Assembly: GCA_051362555.1 (NCBI GenBank)
Contig: CM120645.1
Location: 1-64,000, forward strand
Origin: Lingula anatina
Taxonomy: Eukaryota; Animalia; Brachiopoda
DNA: 64,000 bases
Reading direction: 5' to 3'
In this document: in pieces, positions 12,113-26,600 of the stretch
How positions within the stretch are numbered: position 1 is the stretch's first letter
Layout: each line of letters begins with the position of its first letter
Notes under the pieces: generated by a model
What the model was told of the DNA's origin: nothing
Databases searched by the model: none
What the model saw: the letters and a program-made list of their open reading frames with translations, nothing else
Program-made: the position numbers and the translations under genes

Positions 12113-13851
12113 TCAGAAATAACAAATTGTCAAAAATTCTAAACAACTTAAAAAACAATTTTAGAAGACAAGCAATACAAGTACAATACAAAAAAATTAT
12201 AAACATGTTTGTTAAATTCTTTTTTTTTTTTTTTTTGAGACATACATATCAAAATAGCTCTACTAACAGAGGCTCATTATCATTAAAAATTAAACCTCGT
12301 GTTACATGTTTTGTTTGTGGACAGCTGATATTGTGTAAAATGTTATACAAACCCCAAGGCTTTTTTCTTTAAAAATAGTTAATAGAATGATCAATTCCAG
12401 TGCCTAGGTGTGAAGTACAGATGTACCCATCTTTTGTTTTTTTGAAGTAATGACAGTTATGAAAATTTTTTATTTATTTTTTAAATTTTTTTTCCATCTA
12501 AACTTACCTATATTTTCCTTTTCTTTACATGAGATTGAGTAACAACAAATTTCCCTATCTTGGATGGCTGACAAATTCCTGAAATTAAAGAAAATATCAC
12601 AGGAGAGAAACCAAATAATGTTAGTATATAGAGATGCAATTCTTCTGTTTGACAAACTGAACGCTGGTGACTGGCAGGCAATTTAAATATGGTGAAAAAT
12701 TTATGTCCACATTCATTACTACCAACTTTTTTTCAAATCTAAAGTCACTGTGAAGTGTCTGGCACATCAGAAGAAGTGGTCACAGTTCCTCCAAGCCTCC
12801 CTCACTTACATTCTTTCTATCAATTGTTTCTCATCCAGAGCACCTGGCAGGTCCCTCTTGTTGCCCAGAACTAGGACAGGAATACCCTGGAGCTGAGGCT
12901 TGTCCAGCAAATTATGAAGCTCATTTCTTGAGGCTTCCACTTTATCCTGGTCTGCAGCATCTACCATATACCTGGAAATATCAACAGACTATTTCAACAT
13001 TCTACTTCTTTATCTATACAACACTACACCATATACCTGGAAATATCAACAGACTATTTCAACATTCTACTTCTTTATCTATACAACACTACACCATATA
13101 CCTGGAAATATCAACAGACTATTTCAACATTCTACTTCTTTATCTATACAACACTACACCATATACCTGGAAATATCAACAGACTATTTCAACATTCTAC
13201 TTCTTTATCTATACAACACTACACCATATACCTGGAAATATCAACAGACTATTTCAACATTCTACTTCTTTATCTATACAACACTACACCATATACCTGG
13301 AAATATCAACAGACTATTTCAACATTCTACTTCTTTATCTACACAACACTACACCATATACCTGGAAATATCAACAGACTATTTCAACATTCTACTTCTT
13401 TATCTACACAACACTACACCATATACCTGGAAATATCAACAGACTATTTCAACATTCTACTTCTTTATCTATACAACACTACACCATATACCTGGAAATA
13501 TCAACAGACTATTTCAACATTCTACTTCTTTATCTATACAACACTACACCATATACCTGGAAATATCAACAGACTATTTCAACATTCTACTTCTTTATCT
13601 ATACAACACTACACCATATACCTGGAAATATCAACAGACTATTTCAACATTCTACTTCTTTATCTACACAACACTACACCGACAACAGCACCGGGCTCAC
13701 TATAACTAGACTTTTCTCAGACAAACCATTCCATTCAACAAGATCAGTGACATCTGACAAAAAACTGGTATTCTACATTTTAAAGCAAACATCATTTGGC
13801 TTATGAGAAATATGTGAGCATTCATTTCCAGGAAAAGTGTGTGTGTGTGTG

Positions 13852-13905
<54 letters not shown>

Positions 13906-14617
13906 TGAATGAGAGAGAGAGAGGTGAATTAAGTGTAAATCTATACACATACTGAACATCTTCTGTATTTCCAGACAAATTAATCAATACCACTGAGTAC
14001 AATAGTGGTTATACCACACAGATGAAGATATTAGTGAAATGAAGGCCCCTGTCAGTCCATTATAATGCATTAGAAATTCACTTTTCACACTGGGATTGTC
14101 CTATACAAAGCACATGGTTTATTGTGCAGATGGGAACAGGTTGTAAATCTGTCTTTGATGAATATTAAAAACTGAACATTTTTATTTCCAGGACATTTTT
14201 TATAAATTTTGTAAGTTATATGTAGTCTCTAATTCCTATTGTTAAGTTATATGTAGTCTACGAATAGCATCATATAAACATCTCCAATTCCTATTGTTAA
14301 GTTATATGTAGGCTACGAATAGCATCATATAAACATCTCCAATTCCTATTGTTAAGTTTTATGTAGTCTATGAATAGCATCATATAAACATATCTAATTC
14401 CTATTGTTAAGTTATATGTAGTCTATGAATAGCATCATATAAACATATCTAATTCCTATTGTTCAGCTATTCCATGGCCGGGTAATGAACTGTGATCCTG
14501 TTACTCACACAATGGCATTCACTCCCCTGCAGTACCTCTCCCACATACTTCTAAACCTTGGCTGGCCTCCAATATCCCACAGCTGAAATATAATAATTAA
14601 CAGACAATGAATACAGC

Positions 14618-14663
<46 letters not shown>

Positions 14664-17600
14664 TGAGTGTGTTAAAATAGAGATAATGCTAATTTAACCA
14701 AATTTGAGGATTTAAAGCCCTAACTGACGGTTGGTAAAGCAAATATTATATTACCGTTTTATTGATTTCTGTCAGTTGCATTTTGGCAGAGGAAAAAATT
14801 TTAATTTTTCTGCTAATTTTCTTTTCAAAAAATTTTTTATAACATAGGGTCACCGTGTCACTTCCCTGTATTATATAACACAGGGTCACAGTGTCACTTC
14901 CCTGTATTATATAACACAGGGTAACAGTGTCACTTCCCCATATTGTATAACACAGGATCACAGTGTCACTTCCCCTATTGTATAATATAGGGTCACAGTG
15001 TCACTTCCCCGTATTATATAACACAGGATCACAGTGTCACTTCCCCGTATTGTATAACACAGGGTCACAGTGTCACATCTCCATATTATATAACATAGGG
15101 TCACAGTGTCACATCCCTGTATTGTATAACACAGGGTCACAGTGTCACTTCCCTGTATTGTATAACACAGGATCACAGTGTCACTAGGGTCACAGTGTCA
15201 CTTCCCTGTATTATATAACACAGCGTCACAGTGTCACTTCCCCGTATTATATAACACAGGGTCACAGTGTCATTTCCCCGTATTATATAACACAGGGTCA
15301 CAGTGTCACTTCCCTGTATTATATAACATAGGGTCAGAGTGTCACTTCCCTATATTATATAACACAGGGTCACTTCCCTGTATTACATAACATAGCGCCA
15401 CAGTGTCACTTCCCCGTATTGTATAACACAGGGTCACAGTGTCACTTCCCTGTATTATATAACACAGGGTCACAGTGTCACTTCCGTATTATATAACATA
15501 GGGTCACAGTGTCACTTCCCTGTATTATATAACATAGGGTCACAGTGTCACTTCCCTGTATTATATAACATAGGATCAGTGTCACTTCCCTGTATTATAT
15601 AACATAGGATCAGTGTCACTTCCCTGTATTATATAACATAGGATCAGTGTCACTTCCCTGTATTATATAACATAGGATCAGTGTCACTTCCCTGTATTAT
15701 ATAACATAGGATCAGTGTCACTTCCCCGTATTATATAACACAGGGTCACAGTGTCACTTCCCCGTATTATATAACACAGGGTCACAGTGTCATTTCCCCG
15801 TATTATATAACACAGGGTCACAGTGTCACTTCCCTGTATTATATAACACAGGGTTACAGTGTCACTTCCCTGTATTGTATAACACAGGGTCACAGTGTCA
15901 CTTCCCTGTATTGTATAACACAGGGTCACAGTGTCACTTCCCTGTATTATATAACACAGGATCACAGTGTCACTTCCCTGTATTATATAACACAGGATCA
16001 CAGTGTCACTTCCCTGTATTATATAACACAGGATCACAGTGTCACTAGGGTCACAGTGTCACTTCCCCGTATTATATAACACAGCGTCACAGTGTCACTT
16101 CCCCGTATTATATAACACAGGGTCACAGTGTCACTTCCCTGTATTATATAACACAGGGTCACAGTGTCACTTCCCTGTATTGTATAACACAGGGTCACAG
16201 TGTCACTTCCCTGTATTATATAACACAGGGTCACAGTGTCACTTCCGTATTATATAACATAGGGTCACAGTGTCACTTCCCTGTATTATATAACATAGGA
16301 TCAGTGTCACTTCCCTGTATTATATAACATAGGGTCACAGTGTCACTTCCCTGTATTATATAACATAGGGTCACAGTGTCACTTCCCTGTATTATATAAC
16401 ATAGGGTCACAGTGTCACTTCCCTGTATTATATAACACAGGATCACAGTGTCACTTCTCTGTATTATATAACACAGGGTCACAGTGTCACTTCCCTGTAT
16501 TATATAACACAGGGTCACAGTGTCACTTCCCTGTATTATATAACACAGGGTCACAGTGTCACTTCCCTGTATTATATAACACAGGGTCACAGTGTCACTT
16601 CCCTGTATTATATAACATAGGGTCACAGTGTCACTTCCCTGTATTATATAACATAGGGTCACAGTGTCACTTCCCTGTATTATATAACATAGGGTCACAG
16701 TGTCACTTCCCTGTATTATATAACACAGGGTCACTTCCCTGTATTATATAACACAGGGTCACCGTGTCACTTCCCTGTATTATATAACACAGGGTCACTT
16801 CCCTGTATTATATAACATAGGGTCACAGTGTCACTTCCCTGTATTATATAACACAGGATCACAGTGTCAATTATGGGCGGCCAAAAGGGCCAAAATTCAT
16901 GTCGTCGATTCAGTTTTGTTTCGTCGATTCACTGCCTTCCCATCGATTCAGTTTCAAGTTTAAACGATCCTGTCATAAATTCAACAACTACTTTCGTCAA
17001 TTCAATTGTCAAACATTTCTCATCTACGGTGTATTATAACCAATGCTGTCACTATTTTCGTCGATCGTGTAACTATTCTCTTTGATCATCAAACTATTTT
17101 CGTCGATCGTGTAATTATTCTCGTGGATCGTCAAACTATTCTCGTCGATCGTCTAACTGTTCTCGTCGATCCTGTAACGTCACCTCATCATTCATCGATC
17201 GATCGCCAGAGGGCGCTGCGGTAGCACATTGGCCTATCACATGACGATCAAAATGGCAGACAACAAAATGATTGCTAGTGAAATAAGAACATTTTCTCAA
17301 CAATTTCAATTTTAATTGTTCATAATTAAAATCTATTTGGTTGTAGGGACATTATTTTCTAGTTGTTTTCAACTCTGACTCTTAAAAATTACCGCGTGAT
17401 TGACAGACAGAAGCACGTGTTGCTACCGCAGCACCCCCTGGCGATCGATCAATGAGGTGATCGACGAGAATACGGTAATGTGCCATGAATTTCGAACAGT
17501 AAAAAATAATTAAATTTGGGAAAAGATCGTTCTGGCCGAAATTCATGAAAAGGAGGTGCTCAAAACTCCTGAAAGTTCGAATTTCATGGAATTCTGTCAA

Positions 17601-20600
17601 TTTTGACCGGAAGTTGTCTGTTCGTCGCTAGGCCTTCTGTTATCTTCTCCCGACGATCTATTTAGAGTTACCATAATGTATGATGTGTGAGTGTCGGTAA
17701 TTGCGACCAAAGGTATACACGTACTTTCACCCGATCACTGTGTATGGCCCATAGATAGAGCGGTACTCTTGTCTAGGGCCGCAAAACAGCATCGTTATCA
17801 GTAGTGTCGTTTTTCAAAAGCGATTCTGACAGCCAGAAACTAGTGTCGTTTTTCAAAAACGATCCTGGCGCTCAGAACGGGAGTGGACGGAGGGAGAGAC
17901 GGCCGACGATTAGCGTCTGCCACGGCCAGATAACCTTTACTATGGAAGCTTAGTGTTACCGACACCGTTGCTCCTTTCCGTGCACTGAAACGGAGACGAC
18001 AGCCGATCCGTGTCATATGGCGCACGTGCAGGTAGCCTTCATCTGCGATAAGTGTCTTCCGCGACCAGGTTCGTTGCCTTTACCGTTAAAGTCGGGCGGA
18101 GCTTTACGCGCGAATGCGTCCTCATCTCGCCGTTCGCGGGTCGGTGTCTCCGACGCATACGTAGCCTTCGCTGCAGAAGCCGGCCTCGGCACTACGGCCT
18201 CTCCTCCGTGCGGGGAGGCCACTACGACCGCAGATCGGTATGTGCGGCGCACAGGTAACCTTCGCCACGGCAGCCGAACTGTGTATTACGGTCTCTCTCC
18301 GTCGTGCGCTGCGACCAAGATGACCGCTGATTGTTGTCTGCGATCAAATATACTAGGTTTGGGGGGGGGGGGGGGGGGTACAGGGCCGTTTTTTTTTCGC
18401 TCAGGCAACCCAATCTTAACCAGCAGCAGCAACTGATTTCCTGGCGCATAGTTGCGTCAATGTACGCATTTGAAAAGCGTGTACGTTTTGTCATCTTCAA
18501 ACAAACGCGAGAGATAGGTAATCTAGAGTAAACCGAAAAGGCAGTTTTTATATTCGTTCAAGGGACTGGAAGATCGTCAATGGGAGATAGTGAGCGATCT
18601 GAGCGCGATAATAAGCCAATTTCCACACTAGTTCAAGGGACTTCGTTACTATATTCGTCAGCAAGAGATCGTCAGCGATCCGAGCAAGCATAGAAGCTTG
18701 GACTTTTTGTCCATGCTAGAAGGCAATTTTCATGTAGTCAGCAGGATATGGTTTGCTGGTTTGCGACAGGGGCGTGACCAGGCATACGCACGGATACACT
18801 GTGCGTATATAATTTTTTGGCCAACCATGATATTATTCTCTATAAATCTAGTGTACTTTTCAAGGAATATTATCGAAAATCCCCTTAGATTATAAGTTAA
18901 TGTCACCTGAATGTACAAATTCTCTGTATAATTTATATATATATGCACCATTGTTCTGACACCCTTCTCGTTAGCTTTCACAGAACTGAGGTAAACAATA
19001 CTAGTTACCATCTGAAGTCCGATCTTAATCGTCCATCTAGCTGGAACTTGCTTTACCTCTTAATTAAAGGGTAAAGTGCCCTTCAGCTCACAGGTACAAT
19101 GTAGCTTTTGTCTTGAGTGTATCGAACGCGATATTTATCTCAGATAAAAATCTACCTGTGTATTATTTCAAAGAGCTGCTCCAGCAGACCTGGGGGCACT
19201 AGATTAATCTGATCATCGGGATAAACAAGGAGCCAGAGAAAAAAAGGAAGATTGATTTTTCCTGCAAAGTTTCAAAGAATTTTGACACGGACTTGATCCA
19301 GCTTAACCCTCCAAACTAACGGGGTGGCATGGGCAATTTTTACAAAATTTACAAACAATTAAACTTAGATATATTACAATTTTATCCTTTAATATAATTT
19401 TGGGAGGCATGCACCCGCATGTAAGTTGGGTGATGTCAGTAAGCCCCTAGTTAAATAAATATACCCTTATGAGCAAGGCTTTTCCCAGCGAACCGTCCAG
19501 CCGTCATTTGGACGGCCGCTGACATCACCGGACGGCCTATATTTTCAAAGACGGCTAGACGGCTTGCGACTTTTTTTAATGACGTCTTGGCTTGTCGGGA
19601 CAGCCGTGGACGTTGTAAGAAATTTTCTTAGAGTAATTTGACGTACCTAGCTTTTATGATGCGTCACAGATGAATGGTACTACTTTGTAGTGTACGCTGA
19701 TATTCAGTCACGACGAAACTACTTCCTAAAGCTTACAAAACACAATAAAATGTTTCTATGAACCTTAAGATACACATTCCACGCCGTATGCAGCAGTGAC
19801 AAGAGTGACCTTCATGCGGTACAAAACACTAAGCAAAATACAGGCCAATTTGTGAAAGGGGACACCTTCCGGACCTTCATACGCACGGCAACTGACAAAG
19901 CTGATTGACAAAAAGGAAAATTTCAAATTTTCAGCGAGAGATCGTTCGCAATCCGAGAGAGACCAGGTGGCAATTTTCATATTTGTTAAAGAGACTTCGT
20001 AAGCCAAAGGGCGAGACGAGAACGCAATTTTCGTATCATCAGCGTCGCAATCCGAGTGAAACGAGAAAGCTCATACTCGTTCAGTGGCTTTCGTTTGCGG
20101 CAGATCGTCAGCCGGAGATCGTTCTCGATTGTTTTTAACCCTCTATCCCTCCCCATTGGAATTTATAATTTTTAAAAATATTTTTCATTTCATTTGTACA
20201 TTTCAAGGGACCTCATTAGCGGAAGATCGTCAGCGGGAGATCGTGAACGATCTGAGCGAGACAAGAAAGCAATAATGGTAATCTTTATTGCAGCTCTTAA
20301 TATTGCTCTTTTGTTCTGTTACTGAAGTCTCTACTGTTAACAATGCTATTGTGCGCCTCAGCAAAACTACCGATCGCTATCTCACACCGAATACTGCGGT
20401 AAAGAAACAACAGCCCGACAGTACAACTCTTAATAGATTCTCCTGTTATCTGAATGAATGGATATGACGATGTTGTTTAGCGTCCTAAACTAACTGTACT
20501 GATCGTTATCTTGCACCTTGGGCCGCACACGTAGTACTCAGGTAAAGGTACGCTAGGGCAACATTGCCGACTGTTAGATCTTTACAAGCGCGAGAATAGC

Positions 20601-23600
20601 CCGGTGGCCGATTTTAAGGTGTACGAAATTCACGAAATCAAGATCGCGCAAAATTGCTGACTGGCCGAAATTCATGGTCCAGAAAAAACTCCAGACGGCC
20701 GATTTTAAGATCGTTCGAAATTCAAGAGCCGTTCGAAATTCATGGCACTTTACCGTAGTTACACGATTGATGAGATTAGTTACACGATCGACGAGATAAG
20801 ACGATCGACGAGAATAGTTACATGATCGACAAAAATAGTGACAGCATTGGTTTTAATACACCGTAGATGAGAAATGTTTGATAATTGAATTGACGAAAGT
20901 AGATGTTGAATTTATGACAGGATCGTTTAAACTTGAAACTGAATGGATGGGAAGGCAGTGAATTGACAAAACATAACTGAATTGACGACATGTATTTTTG
21001 CCCTTTTGGCCGCCCATAGTCAATTCCCTGTATTATATAACATAGGATCACGGTGTCTGGAAGTCATCATAACAACAGGAAAGATTTAAGGAAATAGAAG
21101 CAGAGAAAGACACAGAGAACATACAGATATTGTACATCATAATGGAACAAAGGCAGTCAATGAAAACCCTAGAATTACTACAGACAGAAAAAATGGAGGC
21201 TCACGGCTGCTGATGCCTATCTGTATGGCATTACTTGATGATGAGAGAGATAGTCTTTTACTTTCATTGTAATATCACAGTGTCATTTACTTTTATCGTA
21301 ATTTCAGTGTCATTTACTTTCATTGTAATATCACAGTGTCATTTACTTTTATCGTAATTTCAGTGTTATTTACTTTCATTGTAATGTCAGTGTCATTTAC
21401 TTTTATCGTAATGTCATAGTGTCATTTACTTTCATTGTAATGTCACAGTGTCATTTACTTTTATCATAATGTCATAGTGTCATTTACTTTCATTGTAATG
21501 TCACAGTGTCATTTACTTTTATCGTTATGTCACAGTTTCACTTACTTTTATCCTAATGTCACAGTGTCACTTTTATTGTAATGTCATAGTGTCATTTACT
21601 TTCATTGTAATGTCACAGTGTCACTTACTTTTATCGTTATGTCACAGTGTCACTTACTTTTATTGTAATGTCATAGTGTCATTTACTTTCATTGTAATGT
21701 CACAGTGTCACTTACTTTTATCATAATGTCATAGTGTCCTTTACTTTTATCGGATGTCATAGTGTCATTTACTTTCATTGTAATATCATACACCCCATTT
21801 CCATAGATGCTAGATCGATCTATCCCTGTGGGCAGTCTCACTAGATTACTGTCAGCTTGGCCGGCTTAAGCGTCTGTCCCACTTACTAAAAGCTGTAAGG
21901 GGGTAATTAACTATGGTGCCCACTCGGCTGACTGCAATTTAGCGTGAACCCCCAGGGAGTTAGGGCGATCTAAATCTTAATCTTTAGATCGAACTTTATC
22001 TCTGGGAAAGCACCCATAGTGTCACTTAATTTCATTGTAATATCATAGTATCATTCTTTCATTTTAATGTCACAGTGTCACTTTTATTGTAATTTCACAG
22101 TGTCAATTACTTTTATTATAATGTCAGTGTCATTTACCTTTATTGTAATGTCACAGTGTCACTTTCTTTTATTGTAATGTCAAAATGTCACTTACCTTTA
22201 TTGTAACATTGCCTTTTGATATTTTTCTCATATTGAACCCCACTGTGGGAATCATATCTTCACTAAATTGACCAGACTGAAAAGAGAATAAGAAATTAAT
22301 CAGATATTACAGTGGTAACTAAGGTAATCAATGGACTGGATACTATGACAACCATAGCCGTGTTCAGATCAGTGGTAACTATGGCAATCAATGGACTGGA
22401 TACTATGGCAACCATAGCTGTGTTCAGATCCGTGGTGTCTTAAACATACTGGGAACCCGATTAATTTGAGCCTCCAATATCTGAGTGGCTGCATCCCTAA
22501 ATGCTGCAAAGAACCATATTTAATCTACATATTTTTGGGAAGGTAATGCTAAGTATGCAATATTTCCCAAATATTGATTTAGCAGACAATTTCTGGACTA
22601 CATATCTAACAATTTTAATACAGCCAAGTCAATACTCCTCAAGTACTTTAAACTGATGACACCTAACAATACAATTAGAAGTTATCAATCTAAAAACTTT
22701 CAATGTCTGTGCTAACTGAATACCATCCTCTATAAACTAACTATGATCAATACAGCCTAAATCAAAGCATAATTTATCTATATAGGTTCATACATCTGGG
22801 TACAATAAAATAAGCATGGCAGAAAATACAGGGTATGTTCAGATGTCTGTAAACATTTGTATTAACCTTTTTCATCTTTTGCGGAAATACGCAGTGCGCA
22901 TGACAGGAACCGCGCTCTACAGGGGTCATGGTGGTCCTCTGCTGTTTCCAGCATGGCAATGCTAGGTGTAGATGATGTACAAGGTGCGCATAAAAAAAAG
23001 GTCGTATGAAGCGTGCATTGCTTTCTGTCAAACTAAAAAGGTGGCTGAAGCACAGAAATGCGTAAACTGTAGGCAAGAAACAGCTATTTGGACGGAGAAT
23101 CAAGCAATTAAATATTTTCTTTCTCAGTTTAAATACGATGCGCTTTACAACTAGACTTCACCTAAGCGTCCGAGCCTTGGCTGCACTTTCAATAGTGATG
23201 ACGAACTAAAGCTACGGAGTTCTTTTAAATGCTTCCGATAATAAAGATATGCGAAAGAGACTCGTTATTTTTTTATATATAAAATCAAAATAGCCAGTAG
23301 ACTCGTACACAGCTTTCAAGAGTGTGGACAGGTGCGCAGGCCTACGTCTTCACAATTTTGTACATGTTGTATGCAAGCTGTGGCGATATCACCTCATGTA
23401 CCGGCAGTGTCAATTCATTACGATTTTTATGTCTTGTTTGAAGGATATCTTAAGAGATTTTTAAAGTGATAATATGAAAAGATTTCCTGCATTGTTTGAC
23501 TCGTAACTACTGTGTATACAGGTAAAACTGACACGCAGATCGTTCGTCGGTGAACTGATTAAATCGTTTGGTACCTGATAAGGCATCAGGTGTTACTTGT

Positions 23601-26600
23601 TCAATTGTTCGGTAAGGCGGGCGGCCACAACTACGACCTTTCCTCTGTAATTAAAACCTTTTAAGTGTTAAATACTAGTAGGTGAGACAGGAATTCTCGA
23701 CTCTTTCCCAGACGATAATTAAAGTTTACCGTGTCTTACTCAAGTATATGTACAAAATTTATGACAGGTAAAAAATGTCAGCCTTTCGGTCTGACAGGTA
23801 TGAAAATTTTGTCAATCTGAAACCAAAACAAAAGTATAGCAAGAGCCCAAATTATTTGATTTTTAAACGTTTTTATGCGTATTTTCATCGTTTTCAATCA
23901 CAGACAATTAAATCATTCAAATAAAGTGTTTCCCACACATTTCATACTTTTCAACTATCTAAGACAGTTAAATATACGTAGGCCTACTTCAATACTAAGC
24001 ATATTTGTATTACTTTACAAATACGTTGTTGGATTATGTTTATTATCCATTTTGTCTTTACCATACATGTATTATGTACGTGTAGCTTACAGAAAGGCTT
24101 TTCTGCATTTTTTGTAAAAATATGCCCATTGAATTTTCCAATTCTCTTGTCATTGAGTTCAGAAATAAATAACTTTTTATTTCGCCGATAACGCGTTCAA
24201 CAAGAGCCGATGTACTTTCTTCTTCGTATGTCTCTGTTGATCTTGATAATATGAGCCCCGTTAGTACAAATCAGTAATACGTATACGGGACTGAATACAT
24301 AATAATAAAAATTTTATTAACGTCTCACGTTAAAAAAAATAGAACCCACCCTGCTAAGGGTTATTAGAGACTAAAACCTGTGATGGGCCTACAACATTTA
24401 AAATGATCACTTATCAATAAAACACACACAAAAAGGATATTACATACAAAAGTTTTCAAACCTTCTCTTTGTTGTTACATAAAAAGTCGTGAAAGTCGTG
24501 AAATTTTTTGTAAGTAGAATCCCCGTGTAAAACTTCAAAGCTTTTACTTTCTTTTTCCATAATCTCATGCTTGAAGTCTTTTCTTAATTTTTAGGCCCCG
24601 GCCTATTCTTCAATTTTTTCTTCAAATCTTTATAATGTTTTTTTTTCTCGCATTTTTTACCCACGAGTTCTATTTGCCGATAGTTCGTTATATCCGTTGT
24701 TTAACTAAGCATTTCTGTTTTTTATTAAAGCACCGTTGATCTCCTAATATTATAGTTTTTCTTCCCGCCTTCGAAATGTTCAGCGCAAACGCGGTGCCCT
24801 GCTTTTGATCCAAACTTGCTATATTTTCCTTTCTTTCTACCATATTTTTCATTCTAACGGGTTTGTTGGGAACTTATTAAACCTCATGTGTCGATCTCGC
24901 TTACTGTTATTGTAGTAGCGGGACAAAAAGCACGTAAACCCAGCCATGGTTTTAAGCACCGCTGTAAGTGTTTCGACGTAGCAGGGCTCCCCTACCCACA
25001 ATGCAATTTCCATTTCCGGAAAAGATGAAAAAGGCTAATACAGGATGAGATAATCCCACCAATTGCTGTTTTGTATCCTTGTGAGACTAAACTACAGACC
25101 AGCCTAGTGTTGATGAGATAATCCCACCAATTGCTGTTTTGTATCCTTGTGAGACTAAACTACAGACCAGCCTAGTGTTGATGAGATAATCCTACCAATT
25201 GCTGTTTTGTATCCTTGTGAGACTAAACTACAGACCAGCCTAGTGTTGATGAGATAATCCTACCCATTGCTGTTTTGTATCCTTGTGAGACTAAACTACA
25301 GACCAGCCTAGTGTTGATAAGATAATCCCACCAATTGCTGTTCTGTATCCTTGTGAGATTAAACTACAGACCAGCCTAGTGTTGATGAGATAATCCTACC
25401 CATTGCTGTTTTGTATCCTTGTGAGACTAAACTACAGACCAGCCTAGTATTGATGAGATAATCCTACCAATTGCTGTTTTGTATCCTTGTCAGACTAAAC
25501 TACAGACTAGCCTAGTATTGACTGGACTCCAGTCAAGGCAGTTCATACTACATTTAGTAGACTTAGCACAATGTCACCCCCCACCCCCACTGTTAGTAGA
25601 TCTTAGAACAATGTCACCACACACCCCACTAACAGTAAATCTTAGAACAATGTCACCACCCACCCCACTGATAGTAGATCTTAGAACAATGTCATCACAC
25701 ACCCCCACTGACAGTAGATCTAAGAACAATGTCACCACCCACCCCACTGATAGTAGATCTTAGAACAATGTCACCACCCACCCCACTGATAGTAGATCTT
25801 AGAACAGTGTCACCACCCACCCCACTGATAGTAGATCTTAGAACAATGTCATCACCCACCCCCATTGGTAGTAGATCTTAGAACAGTGTCACCACCCACC
25901 CCACTAACAGTAGATCTTAGAACAATGTCACCACCCACCCCACTGATAGTAGATCTTAGAACAATGTCACCACCCACCCCACTGATAGTAGATCTTAGAA
26001 CAATGTCATCACCCACCCCCATTGGTAGTAGATCTTAGAACAGTATCATCACCCACCCCACTAACAGTAGATCTTAGAACAATGTCATCACCCACCCCCA
26101 TTGGTAGTAGATCTTAGAACAGTGTCATCACCCACCCCACTAACAGTAGATCTTAGAACAATATCATCACCCACCCCCATTGGTAGTAGATCTTAGAACA
26201 ATGTCATCACCCACCGCCATTGGTAGTAGATCTTAGAACAGTGTCATCACCCACCCCACTAACAGTAGATCTTAGAACAATGTCATCACCCACCCCCATT
26301 GGTAGTAGATCTTAGAACAGTGTCATCACCCACCCCACTTACAGTAGATCTTAGAACAATGTCATCACCCACCCCAAAAACAGTAGATCTTAGAACAGTG
26401 TCATCACCCACCCCACTTACAGTAGATCTTAGAACAATGTCATCACCCACCCCCATTGGTAGTAGATCTTAGAACAATGTCATCACCCACCCCCATTGGT
26501 AGTAGATCTTAGAACAATGTCATCACCCACCCCCATTGGTAGTAGATCTTAGAACAGTGTCATCACCCACCCCACTAACAGTAGATCTTAGAACAATCTC

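Noticed and set aside
17840-18531. GC-rich ORF cluster inside the nested element as a captured gene
   Set aside because: Overlapping ORFs on both strands with no recognisable domain; explained by GC content.
16872-21018. Polinton/Maverick assignment from the 6-bp TSD and long TIRs
   Set aside because: Ends are TATGG rather than AG-starting, the host element is under 1 kb, and no polymerase or integrase remnants were seen.
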